Shown here piece by piece: positions 38,140 to 49,940 of a DNA stretch of 64,000 nt. Within the stretch, counting starts at the first letter, position 1; each line of letters begins with the position of its first letter. The notes beneath the pieces were generated by a model that saw only the letters and a program-made list of their open reading frames with translations, was not told where the DNA came from and made no database searches. A program made the position numbers and the translations under genes. This DNA is from Podarcis filfolensis (lineage: Eukaryota): NCBI GenBank assembly GCA_964270895.1, contig OZ185435.1; one strand, written 5' to 3'.

Positions 38140-39412
38140 TGTTGTGATAAGCTTCCTTAAGTAGGATGCTTCTCCTCATCCTCAGTGCCAGCAGTGAAAT
38201 AGGCTCTTAAGCAGGAAATCTCAGAGTAGGTGCCCCAATGTAAACAACAAAAACCTTTCCTAGCAGATAGTGCATTTCATACCTTCAACCTCATGTAAAT
38301 CAGATGCATGGAGGCAGAAGGTTGATTGCCCAATGGTCCACATGGCCTCTGCATTTTCAGCCAAAGGTCTTAAAAGAAGCTTCCATCTGTGTGCTGCTGT
38401 ACTTTGGCCCTGGCTAGTTAACTAAAGATGGGTATGAAAATGCACTTTTAGTATGTGTGCCTCTCTCCTCACCCTGCTTTCTTTTCAGGGTGAAGTAATT
38501 TCATCTCTGATTCATGCACTTAAAGGTTTTCATTTTAAATCCAAAACTGTTTTGAAAGATATCTTGCTTTAATAAACCTTATGTTCTTCCCAGCTGAGAG
38601 CTTGAAGTGGTTCTCGTGTTATATAAGGCTGGTTGAAGATAAATTTTATAAACTGCTTTACTGAAATCTGGACGTTCTAAATCTTTTTCCATGCTGGCTA
38701 GTGGGAGAGATCTCTCTATATTAATTTGGACTTCATAGCTGTCACATGATACTGATACATTCCAAAAGCTAAGATACAAGATTACTTCTTAACCATAGAA
38801 CAAACCAGCAGGAATTTTAATCAAGACAATATCCAATAATGAATAAAGACTGAATGTGTTTGGAAGTCATCCAGAATACACATTTGGGAATTTTAATCTT
38901 GATCGCCTTTGAGTTTTTCAAAAAAGGAAAAAAAATCAGCCTTTTCAGATCATGCCATTCTGTCTGCCAGCAAGAAAGAGCCATCTAAGGTATTAAAGTG
39001 TTTCATCTGTACAGACACTGAATATTGCAAATCTGTCTTAGTAATTGATACCAGATAAGTTAAAAATGAATCAGACCAAAGAACTGAGGTGGGGGAACTG
39101 GTTTGAGTAAATCTATATATGTGACAATCTTGAAACAGTTTTATATATTAATTTATAAGATTTCTCTCCCGCTCTTCACTATAACGTTCTGGGGTGAGTT
39201 ACAACAATATAGTCATAGCAATACAAGTGCAATTGTTTATAAGATTATATATATATTAAAAAACCAGGAAAACATTTCTAAACAAAAGCACTGTACATTA
39301 CACAAAAGAAACAAATCCAATAAAAATGTTTTAATTGTCAAAGTCCAGAGAAAACAGGTGTGACTTCAGCATACAGTATATGCTGACTAAGAATAGTACA
39401 AGATGCACATCT

Positions 39413-39595
39413 CAGACCCTTCAAGTGTCCCTATTTTCTAGGGACAGTCCTGGATTTACAGAAGCCATCCCAGTTTCTGCTTTGATCCTGGAATATTCCA
39501 TTTTTCCTTAGAACATCCCTATTTTCATTGGAGAAATATTGGAGGGTATGTAATAGGTGGTCCCTATTTTCACTAGAGAAATGTTGGAGGGTATG
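39413..39595. mobile_element. MITE with CA(G/T)ACCCT termini and a duplicated end
   Basis: CAGACCCTTCAAG start, TTGGAGGGTATG end present twice (39516-39550, 39561-39595). Confidence 0.65.
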
Positions 39596-41360
39596 ACATC
39601 TGTGGGGAAGCAGTTCCATCATTCTGGGGCCTGCCACACAGATAGCCCTCTTCCAGGCTGCCATTCCCCACACTACTAGGGGTGGCAGAACAACAACCCA
39701 TAGAGTCTTGCTGAGCTTAACACCCAAGATGGCCTGTAGGGACTGGGATAGGCTTTGGGGTAGTTGGGGCCTAGGTCATTTCAATACTGATAATTTGCAT
39801 TCCAAACTTGTGCTCTGGTGTGATAACAATAAAGGATTTTTTCTTGATAACTTATCATCAATAAACTTTTTGGTGATAGGCACTATGAAGGAGTAGCACC
39901 AGTTCATCAGAAACAAATCCTTTGAGGTGAAATCTTGACTTCGTTGAAATCCATATCCCTGTTTGATCACTGAGATCACCCAGGGAAGCCCTGTTAGTTG
40001 TCTTCCATGTTGCAGAGGCCCAACTAACCTCAACTAGAAGTTGGGCATTTAGTGTCACCAGTCCTGTGCTCTTTCATCCAGCACTTTCCAAACACAGTGC
40101 GATGGCATCAGGACATATAATCAGGTTTCTTATACATTAACAAGGGGAAGAAATCAAGACCAGGCTGCAGACCTCTTCCCCCCGCTCCTGGTAGCATGAG
40201 GTTAGACAATACATCTAAGCATTTTGGATTGGAGATGGGCTGAAAGTCTCCATAACTCCTCTTAAGTAGAATGCCCATTTAGTCAGACCTCAGATTTTCT
40301 GGATATTTTAGAATTTGCTTTGGTTACTTTCAATCCAGAGAAGATGTTGCGCTGGATATGCCAGAAAGAAGAAGAAAGTGCTTCCTGTCCCATCTCTTGC
40401 ACAGCAAGCAATTCAATATGATGGCAGTTAAACCCCATCAGGAAAATGGAAGAACTGAAAGCACTCACAGCCTGAGCGAGCAAATCCACGTCAGTGAGTT
40501 GCCTCCAAGGGAGATCAACATTTTCACTCAACAATATTGGAGTTTTAAGTTCTTTGAGTTTGAAGGGGACTGAAACATTCCAGGGGAGCATTTACCAGAC
40601 TCCAAGTGTATGACTAGCCAACATCTGTTTAATAGTTTCATTACTCTCTCTAAAACTGTCAGTGGAAAGATAGTAACTGTTTGAGAGGAGACTTTATTTC
40701 CTCATAAGGAAATCATAATGATTATGACAACCCTGGACTATTGTTTGTTTGTGTTGTTTTATTTTTTAAATCCCCCCCTTTTTAAAAAGAAACATACATG
40801 TTTTCTGCTTTCTGAAGAAAGAAGCGATTTCAGATGTTTTTACCCTTTCTTTGAACATTCCTTCCAAACAAGATATAACTGTTCAAAGAGATTAATGTGC
40901 AGGAGTGAGGCTCCTTTGTTGAACTGTATGAAAATTAAAGATGGACACATCTGCTTATTTCTAGTCCATGCTAGTTTTGCATACACTTAATCATAGGTCC
41001 ATTCCATCCTGTTTGTTGACAATTTTAAAAAAAATGCATGAAAAAATTGATTTTAAATGTATGCATTTTATACACATCCTTACAATAAATTGCATTTACC
41101 CCTAAAATGCACATTTTAATATACTTTTTTCATAAAATATGCATTATGGGCACATTATTTGATCCAAAACTGTATTGCAAAATTCTGAGAGGCATGTAAT
41201 CCAGCTGAATGTTGTGTTCCAGTTCAGCAAATTTTTACTGTGTCCCTAAGCAAATGCAAAAATGAGTATGGTTGCTTCTTGAAATATGCATGCAGTCAGG
41301 AAGACCTGCCTACAGTTGCATACTGCCCAACATCATATGCCTAACAGTGAATACAAGCGC

Positions 41361-41669
41361 ATAGGAAGCTGTCATATCAAATCAGACCATTGGCCCATCT
41401 GGTTCAATATTACCTGCAGAAGGTGTGGGGAAGCTTTGGCCCTCCAGATGTTACAGAACCATAACTCCCATCAGCCCCAGCAAGCATGGCCAATGACCAG
41501 GGATGATGGGAGCTGTAGTTCAGCAACACAGGTTCCCCATACCTGGTCTCCTCTGACTGGCAGCAGGGGTCTCAAACACGGGTCTCACCCAGTCCTACCT
41601 GGAGATGCTGGGGTTTGAAACTGGGACCTTCTCATGAAAAGCAGATGTTCTGCCACTGAGCTATGGCCC
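41361..41669 (-). mobile_element. tRNA-derived SINE (Squam2-like) interrupted by a palindromic MITE at about 41420-41545
   Basis: ATAGGAAGCTG tail; GGGACCTTCTCATGAAAAGCAGATGTTCTGCCACTGAGCTATGGCCC head; internal GGTGTGGGGAA / GTTCCCCATACCTG termini. Confidence 0.7.
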
Positions 41670-42880
41670 TACAGAAGCGATGGATAGGCATGGCATGGAC
41701 CTACACTGTATGCATTCAGCCTGCCTCCTCAGCCAGGAAATAAGAGGGATAGAAACGGAAGCTGAAGAGATATGCAACATATAATATATTTGAGGAAAAT
41801 AGAAAATGAGATGCTGGTATACTAGAATACATTTGATGTTTTGACATGCATTCCAATTCCGTGGTGCTCATTCAAGTGCCCAAGACAGGTTCAAGAGGAC
41901 TCTGCCCCCACTTTCCTCACACCTCTCTGAGCAGATGCAACTATCCATGGGGCCCAATGCTCGTTGTATGCAACAGTTTAAAAGCCTTATGCAGGAAGCT
42001 ATAAAACAACTTAAGCCCAGGAAGGAATGCACTGCGCATTAAGAAGAATAGGAGAAGAGGCTAATAGAGTTATATAAGTTTCAAGGATAGATATAATCAA
42101 GTGCGTACAATATAAAGCAGAAGGTTCATAATGATGAGGCGGGGGCTGGTGGAAGGGGAGAAGCTATTCTGAAGTAGCTGCCTGAACTTTGGCTGAACCT
42201 GGCTGTTTGGCAGCCTTCAGTAAGGACAGCCTAAGATGAGGCATTAGGGTTTGAATCGGAGAAGCTGACATCAAGCAGACAGCAAGACATGATATCTTAT
42301 TTTCCTGAGCTGTGCTGACACAAATTGAACTCCGCTTATTATTTTCTTATGCCAGTAAAAGCTGCACTTGGAATTTAAGCATTTTGCTTGCAGATGTTGG
42401 GAAGAGGGCTGCTTTGTCTTCATTTAAATAATTTGCAGATTGGTTGGACGCATTCGGAGATAAAGACTCATTTTTCATTTGAAATCCAGTCCCATGAAGA
42501 GGGTGGCGGTGCTGTCTTCTCCCCCGCCCTACCTTTTTCAATTTTAAGGAGCCAGAATTCTGTTGCAAAGGCAGAAAGTTTGACTGTAAGGATCATTTGC
42601 CTGTAAGATAATCACATTACATGCCAATAATTTGAAGACTTTTCAGCAGCAAGGGCTTTGTTTGTTCATTTCTTGTTGTTTAACTTCCAACTCTCTGAGA
42701 ACATTTGGAGCAGGCCTGAGGAACCTCCCACCCAGGGATTCGCTGCAGCCCTCAAGCCGCCTCTGACCGGTTTTCAATACTTTGAAAGACTTGAATCTTT
42801 CATATTTCAGTGGTGCGAAGCCAAAATTCAGCACGCACACAACCGGCCTCTCAGCCTCCATTCTGTTCAATTCACTATGT

Positions 42881-43065
42881 CAGTGGTTCCCAATTAGCGA
42901 AGTACTGCAGGCGCCCTGTTTTTCAAAAGCCAAGCCATGGACCCCCTGCTCTTGAAAATGTTGATATTCTATGATACCTTTTGTTATGTGAATGGTGCCA
43001 CTGCCACAGACCCCCTGGGTGGGTTACACGGACTTCCTGGGCTCCAATTGGGAACCCACCCCCCC
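42881..43065. mobile_element. hAT-like MITE remnant
   Basis: CAGTGGTTCCCAATT / AATTGGGAACCCAC inverted termini. Confidence 0.6.
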
Positions 43066-44531
43066 CAATGTCATAGTTGTGACACCCTGAAGCTCCCCCT
43101 AGACTCGACATTAGTGTTGTGGGACTGATCACACTGCGCTAAATCTGCCTCTGCTCAAGACTCTCCTCAGACAAGGCCCGATTCTGCAGGCCACACCTCC
43201 TTTTCCCCCAGGCCATCCCCATCTCTTATCAGCCTTGCTCTGCATCCTCCTCAAATGCTTTTGGCCAGGTGGAATGTGTCATTGAATGGTGATCGTTCTT
43301 CCTTCTTGCCTGGGTGGGAGATGTGTAAGTATGTGTGTGCAGGTAGGGGTTCTTTGGCAATCAAATGGGTATATAAATTTTGTGACATAAAATGGAAATG
43401 TTCAGGTACCCACTTGATATTGCAGGCACTGAGTGATATCCATGGATGTATGGAAACCCTTGGAGTCACTTGCTTTTTCGAAGGAGGAATATATGCACAC
43501 TTTCATAATTTGCAAAGGAAAACGGCAGGATAATGCACTCTTGTCATTCTTCATGTGTGCAATATACAACTATGGAACACTTTTTCCCGATACAAAATAT
43601 AAACAAAAAATATTTTTGCTCAAGATTCTTTTTAACTGGGGAGCAGACCTGATAGGCAGTATGACTGGCTGTGATTTATTGTTTTGAAATGTTCTTATTG
43701 CTGTTATGATGACTGTGAGTATGTCACTTACATTTCTAGTTTATATTTTTATATTTTTTATGATAAATGTAAAAATAACATTGCATGCCGCTGTGGCAAA
43801 GTATTGCATTTTGAATGGGAACTAAGACCATTATTAAGATGATCATCATCATCATCAACGTTACTGTTATTCAAAAATTAATACATATTGTCTATTATTG
43901 TTTCTCTTTTCAGTGTGAAAAATGTTGCCCAATCCTTCCTTATTGCTTTCACCCTGACAACTCCTCTGTAAGGCTGGCTGTATTGAAGGACTGATGTGGT
44001 CAAGGCCGTCCAGAGAGATTCATGGCTTCATAGAGACCTGAAGCCAATTCTTTGTCTATCATAGCGTATACAGCAGGAGAGCTAAAATAATTTTTGTGGT
44101 AGTGTGTGCACCTGGCAATTGTACTCAAGGAATACGCTGAACATGCAAGCTATTAATGTAAAGTGATTCTCTCAAATTGCCGTTAACTATTCATGGAAAA
44201 CCTGACAATATGTCTCAAATAATAACCTGAATTTTGCCAACACCAATATACTAAGCATGATTTTGACAGATTGTGTAGGAAAGTTGGGAGAAAATTGGTG
44301 CATCTGCTTCTGCTGCTAGGGATTAATGGGAACAATTAAGAAGGATAAAGACATTGCAAAGGGAGTTAAATGACTTATTTGCATCACTCTTCACTGCATG
44401 CCAGGGAGACAATTACTCTTATCTGGTAATAAAGATGACAGTGCTGTCAGACACTCAGGTGTCAAAAGGGTTTCTCTTTAATGAATGCAGGAGGTAAAGA
44501 GCAACAAGTTACCAAAACTGCAGACTGTGTG

Positions 44532-44533
44532 GA

Positions 44534-44573
<40 letters not shown>

Positions 44574-44574
44574 A

Positions 44575-44605
<31 letters not shown>
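44532..44605. repeat. (GAAA)n microsatellite
   Basis: direct reading. Confidence 0.95.
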
Positions 44606-46199
44606 TTTCAATAAGACAGAAGTTTTCTAATTGTGGTCTGTATGGGCCATTGGTAGACTGCAAGCTTCATTCAGGCTGTATAATATCAAGAATATATGCA
44701 CTTGCTATGCATCTGAAACTTTTCCTAGACAGGCTATCTAAGCCCTGTTTTGGGGACCTTGGTTCTTATAACAAAGCAGTCACACAGTTTACTAATTTTC
44801 TCCTAAAAATGTACCTGTTTAAAATGCCTTTATCAGGAGCCTGATCTACGGCTCATGATTTTTATTGGGGGGGGCGGGTTCCTCCTCTCAAAAAAGGGTC
44901 ACATGTTGCCAGCTGGCCTGTGTGGATGGCCTACCAAGATGGCCAGAAATTTTCGAGGGGTCTGTGGAAGAAGTATGAGAACTGTTGCCAAAGAGCTTTT
45001 GAAAGGCAAAATCTTCAAAACGGAAGCTTTCCTTTCCATTCAGTTTTAACTTTGTCAGCTGTCAATTTTTACTCACTGCCAAGTAATTAGACTCAGTATT
45101 TTAACTCAATTGATACATGAGGTGCATGACGGATATGGGGGAACCAGCACAGCTTCAGGAACACATGATCTTTGGGTTAGTTAAGTTGCACAACATCTCC
45201 TTCATAAAGATATATTAAAGAAACGAATAATTTGCAGTATTTCTTTATATTTATTTATATTATTGCCATCATCTGGGCCTTAAAGTGACTTATAAAATAA
45301 AAAATATACAAGAAGAGAAATTTAAAGCATAAATTAAAACATCACAGCTGCATTTATGGTGACTAACCCCTAGGTTGCAGAGTAAGTTTTTTGGCTGAGG
45401 GGGCATTTGAGCCCAGGCCTTCACAGTCTATTTCTAACATCTAGACCTGACACCATGCTGCCTATTCTGTCTCTCAGCACTGCAGATGAGAATTCAGAGT
45501 TGTTTATATTATAAAAATGCAATAAAGTATTGTAAGATTTTACAAAAATTCCTTTGTAACTCCTCCCCCTTTTGTAAAAGGGGTGAAATTAGAGGGAAAG
45601 TAAATAATACACTTAGGAGAACCAACTGTGGTCAGGGCTGGCAAATATGCCATTTTGGTTCCTCTCAGTTCTGGATTTTTCCAGTCTTAAGATTTTAATT
45701 TCAATTTCTTAAAAAGTCTTTACGTACATTTCTCAGCATTTTAATGCAGACTTTGCCTAATATTCACATTTTTGCAAAGCAATTTTGCCTAATCATAATG
45801 CATTTTTGTATGTTATTTTCAATAATATATGCATTTATATGCACACTTTAGTAGATGCATTTGTATACAAATTATATAGTTGAAGAACTGCATTGCAAAA
45901 GCTGGACAAGTACAAAGTTTGACCAAATGGTTGTGGTTTGGTTCACATCTTGTTTCAGAAACCATATAATAGAGAGGCTCGCCTTTAAATGCAAATAGAA
46001 TCAAATTTCTCTGTGAAAGTGTGCGTAAAACAAAGCAATCCACAATGAAATAAGAAATGGACATCTCGCAAAAGCAACTTCTACACCAAAAAGTCGTGAT
46101 CACAAATCAACATAAAGACCCGGTTCTTTTTCTCTTCCATAGTCTCCAGAGACAGACAGATGCCAACCTCAATACCACCCACCCTGCCGTCTAATCGAG

Positions 46200-47490
46200 G
46201 GACAAACTTAGCATCTCTGCCACATTCTGAAGAAGCCTGTCTATCGTGTACAGAAGTGATCACAAGGTCAAGAACAGAGAACAAAAGCATCACTTATACG
46301 CGGAGCCTCGGAATATGGTCTTCGGTCTTTATCTGCTTATTTGTGAGATACAACAGAACAAAGTTTGGGCAGTCAGGGACAGATGATAAAAATGATTAGA
46401 GATATACGAGGGAAGATGAGAAAGGCTAGGTCTGTTTTGAGTACAGAGGTGTTGCATACTAGAGAACATGATGAGGGTCTCTGGAATAATTAATGGGGAT
46501 TTTAAAAGGTAAATCATGTGCTTCAGATTAGCCTAGTGATGAGACTGAAGTTCAATGTATTCATCAGTGACTAAAAGGAAATAATTGGTGGAGCAGGGAA
46601 TGATGTTCAATTTGGGAAATAGTTGAGCATTGTAGACACACACAGGAATTGGTCGCATTGCCACTCCTAAAGGGCTAAGTGTAAGTTTCAAATGGTAGAG
46701 TCAAACTATAATATGCTGCCATTTGTAATAGATTCTTTGTCTCTCTCATTGGCTAAGAGCCTATCACTACTGGACAATTGGAAGGTCTTTGGCAAATATC
46801 CATATTTTACAAAAGTAAGGCATTTTCATATCAAACTTTTGATTGAATAAAGTCAAAACTTAGTTGGAGTAAAAAAAATAATGGAATTTTAGAAATCCTT
46901 TGTAAGGAAATAATAGAAGAAAAAGTAGGACTGGATTCAGAACCGAAGTACAAATCCTATAAGGAAATAAATGTCATCAGTAGTAAATTGCATACTGAAA
47001 CAGAGATGTTCACAACTAAGGTGACAAATATATGTCTAGTGGGATACACTAAACCTCAGAGGTATTTTTCCCAGGATAAATTTGGCTGAAAAGAATTTAG
47101 AAAGCATGAGCTATGATGCGGCTGCATAGTAGGAGTGTGGGAGAAGGTTTCTATTTTGAGAAGTATTTAGAAGGCTGTCTCAACGGATCCATGGAGGTCG
47201 CAATACATCTTTATTCAGCTCCCATAAGGTCAGAGCTTGAATGACATACTCCATTTTGGTCACAACAGCCCAGGCTAAATCTTTAGTAAAGCTGGGAGAT
47301 TCTAAAGCAAAGACATGAAATGTTGGTTCAAGACTTGGAGGAAATTCCCTATAAGAAGAAACACAAAGAACTTACGGAACTGAATAGCTATCACTTACAC
47401 AAGAATTAAGGACGACAGTTCTTGACTACAGCCTATAAATCTCAGTGTAATAACAATAAAATTGGAGAATTGTTTAGAGGGGTTGAAAAG
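46200..47490 (+). mobile_element. probable highly degraded L1-clade LINE: ORF1 C-terminus, ORF2 endonuclease and part of the linker
   Basis: Hand translation across stops and frameshifts: VYRV, PRNMVF, GQMIKMIRDI (ORF1-like); then AKSLSLL, GILEILCKEIIEEKVGLDSEPKY, TNICLVGY, CIVGVWE (endonuclease-like motifs in the expected order); then YKSQCNNNKIGELF. Confidence 0.45.
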
Positions 47491-47931
47491 GTCACGGCAA
47501 GGTACTAGCTATGGTTCTTTCTGCTCAGATTGTCCTGAAACCTAAAAATATTTTTATGCATAAGGTTTAAACTGCTTTGCATTGGTCTGACTACACATAT
47601 AGGGTGGTGGTCAATGAAACTTTACTCAGAGTAAACCTATTGAAATGAATTGACCTTCATTTTGCTTATTGAATTCAATGAGTCTACTCTGAGTAAAACT
47701 TAGTTGCATACAACCCATACATCCGACTTATCTTCTCTGTTTCTACCTACTTTTTAAAAAGATGTCTATATATTTTTTCATTTACAGAAAGAAATACCCA
47801 AACAGCTCACACAAAAGCATCACAAATCCAATGAAAATAATCATCACCAATACAATCAGTAAACTCAATACAGTGACCAGTAATGGTCTTAAAGATCAGA
47901 GAAAGCCACAGTGAATGGGTATGTCTTAGGC

Positions 47932-48172
47932 CATGGGTAGGCAAACTAAGACCTGGGGGCCGGATCCGGTCCAATTGCCTTATCAATCTGGCCCACGGAC
48001 AGTCAGCATGTTTTTACATGAGTAGAATGTGTTCTTTTATTTAAAATGCATCTTTGGGTAATCTGTGGGGCATAGGAATTTGTTCATTTTTTTTTTCAAA
48101 ATATAGTCCGGCCCCCCACAAAGTCTGAGGGACAGTGGACCGGCCCCCTGCTGAAAAAGTTTACTGACCCTG
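47932..48172 (+). mobile_element. hAT MITE, same family as 3191-3511
   Basis: TIRs CATGGGTAGGCAAAC / TTTACTGACCCTG; TSD TCTTAGGC at 47924-47931 and 48173-48180. Confidence 0.92.
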
Positions 48173-48404
48173 TCTTAGGCTCATGGTGAAAAAACAACAC
48201 AGTGCCCTCCTGATCTCAGTGGGGAGAGCATTCCACATAGTAGGTGTTATGCCTTCTTCACCTGTAGAGCAAACAGTGTGAGAGAGGCTCAGGTGTTCCT
48301 TTTCTTTTATTTGTGCAAAAATGTTCCTTAATCTATTAGTTTTCGTATATGCAGTGAGAAGTGTAAAAGCACTGGACCAGAAGAAACAGGATGATCAGTT
48401 AGAT

Positions 48405-48544
48405 CAGGCATGTCCAACCAGTCGATCGCGATCTACCTGTCAATCGCAGGGCGTCTCTAGCTGATCCTTGTTGTTTGCGTGATCCTGATTGTCACCCCAA
48501 AAAGCTCAACAACTTCAGTCAATCCAATGGGTAGATCACTGCCA

Positions 48545-48547
<3 letters not shown>
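48405..48547. mobile_element. hAT MITE left part
   Basis: CAGGCATGTCCAAC terminus with GATCG-rich subterminal repeats; runs into a (TA)n tract. Confidence 0.55.

Positions 48548-48548
<1 letters not shown>

Positions 48549-48590
<42 letters not shown>
48549..48590. repeat. (TA)n microsatellite
   Basis: direct reading. Confidence 0.95.
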
Positions 48591-48593
<3 letters not shown>

Positions 48594-49777
48594 GGAGTAG
48601 ATTGCAGTCTCTTGGGAGTTGGACATGCCTGAGTTAGACTATCCCGCTGGCATAAACTAGGACCTTCCGTACAGTCAATCACATTGCACCTAAAGCATGT
48701 ATTATTTGCCTTGTAGATTAGTTCATTTCTTCTTGGTAAAGGAGTGCTGTCAGGTGTAATGTGGAACAAACTCATCAGGGCTGTAGACAGAAGAAGCTAT
48801 GTATTCAGTTCCAATGTAGCTCCGCCCACCCTGGGCACTTCCCAAGCATCTGTGCTTCCTGATTTTCTGCCTGCTCTCTGGTATGCTTGCCTTCCTAGTT
48901 CTGCCTGACCAGCAGCACTGTCCACCATGCACCAGTCTTACTCAGCTAGAGTCCTACGCATCCAACAAAATCCAGAATCACTAGCCAAACATGCCTCAGA
49001 GCCTGCTCCAGATATGCATTCAGTTAAATACTGAACTTGAACACAATGTGTTATTTATTTATTATATTTGTCAAGTGCTTTTCACACAGAGCGACCCAAA
49101 GTGACTTACGTTAAAACCAATTAAGACCATCTGATAAAAATGCATGATTTTGTGCCATAAGTCGGCTGTATTTTGCACTTTTTGTTTTAAGCATCTTAAT
49201 GTACACTTGCACCTTAAAAGAAGAGTGGCTTACGGTTATAGTTTTATAATGACTTTAGGGCTGAAAGATGCTGTTCTTAAAGTGTTTTTATTGAAGGCAT
49301 ATTAAGAGAGAAACATCAGCTACAGTGGAGAATATACAACCAGCTTTTTAGGTGGGTTAAAAGATGCAATACTGAGTGGATTTAAAAGATTGGAAGGGAA
49401 TTTTAAGATAGATCAGGTTAAGGAGTTGATAAAAAAGAAGAAGACTCGTTAAAAGAGTTAAAAGTTACAGCACTGAGTGAGTTTAAAAGATTTGAAGAGA
49501 GTAAGTCATTTGAAATTGAGATTAAATGAAAAGATAGGTAATGTTGAGAATAAAATAGAGTGAAGATTTATTAATTTTGGGGAAGATCTGAGACACTTGA
49601 AAATGTTAAGGGGTATTTAATGGATGGGATACAAACTTTACAATATGTTAGTGAAGAACAGAAGAAAAGAAAAGAAAAGAAAAGAGGCTGAAAGTCTGGA
49701 ATCCAAAGAGTTTGCAGCTCCCAGTATCATTCCCCAATGAGTAGAACTCCCTTGGCAAGTGCAGTCTACATCCGCCT

Positions 49778-49940
49778 CATAGAATCTTAGAGTTGGAAGG
49801 GACCCAAGGGTCATCTAGTCCAACCCCCTCCAATGCAGGAATCTCAGCTAAAGCATCCATGACAGATGGCCATCCAACCTCTGCTTAAAAACCTCCAAGG
49901 AAGGAGAGTTCACCACCTCTCTCAGGAGTCTTTTCCACAG
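49778..49940 (-). mobile_element. CR1 3' end
   Basis: CATAGAATC..AGTTGGAAGGGACCCAAGGGTCATCTAGTCCAACCCCC..CAATGCAGGAATCTC..CCATCCAACCTCTGCTTAAAAACCTCCAAGGAAGGAGAG. Confidence 0.88.

Noticed and set aside
46329-46720. Possible endogenous virus: minus-strand KLNIIPCSTNYFLLVTD resembles a pneumovirus matrix segment
   Set aside because: Short, low-complexity match with no other viral motifs; the plus strand gives an ordered series of L1-like motifs instead
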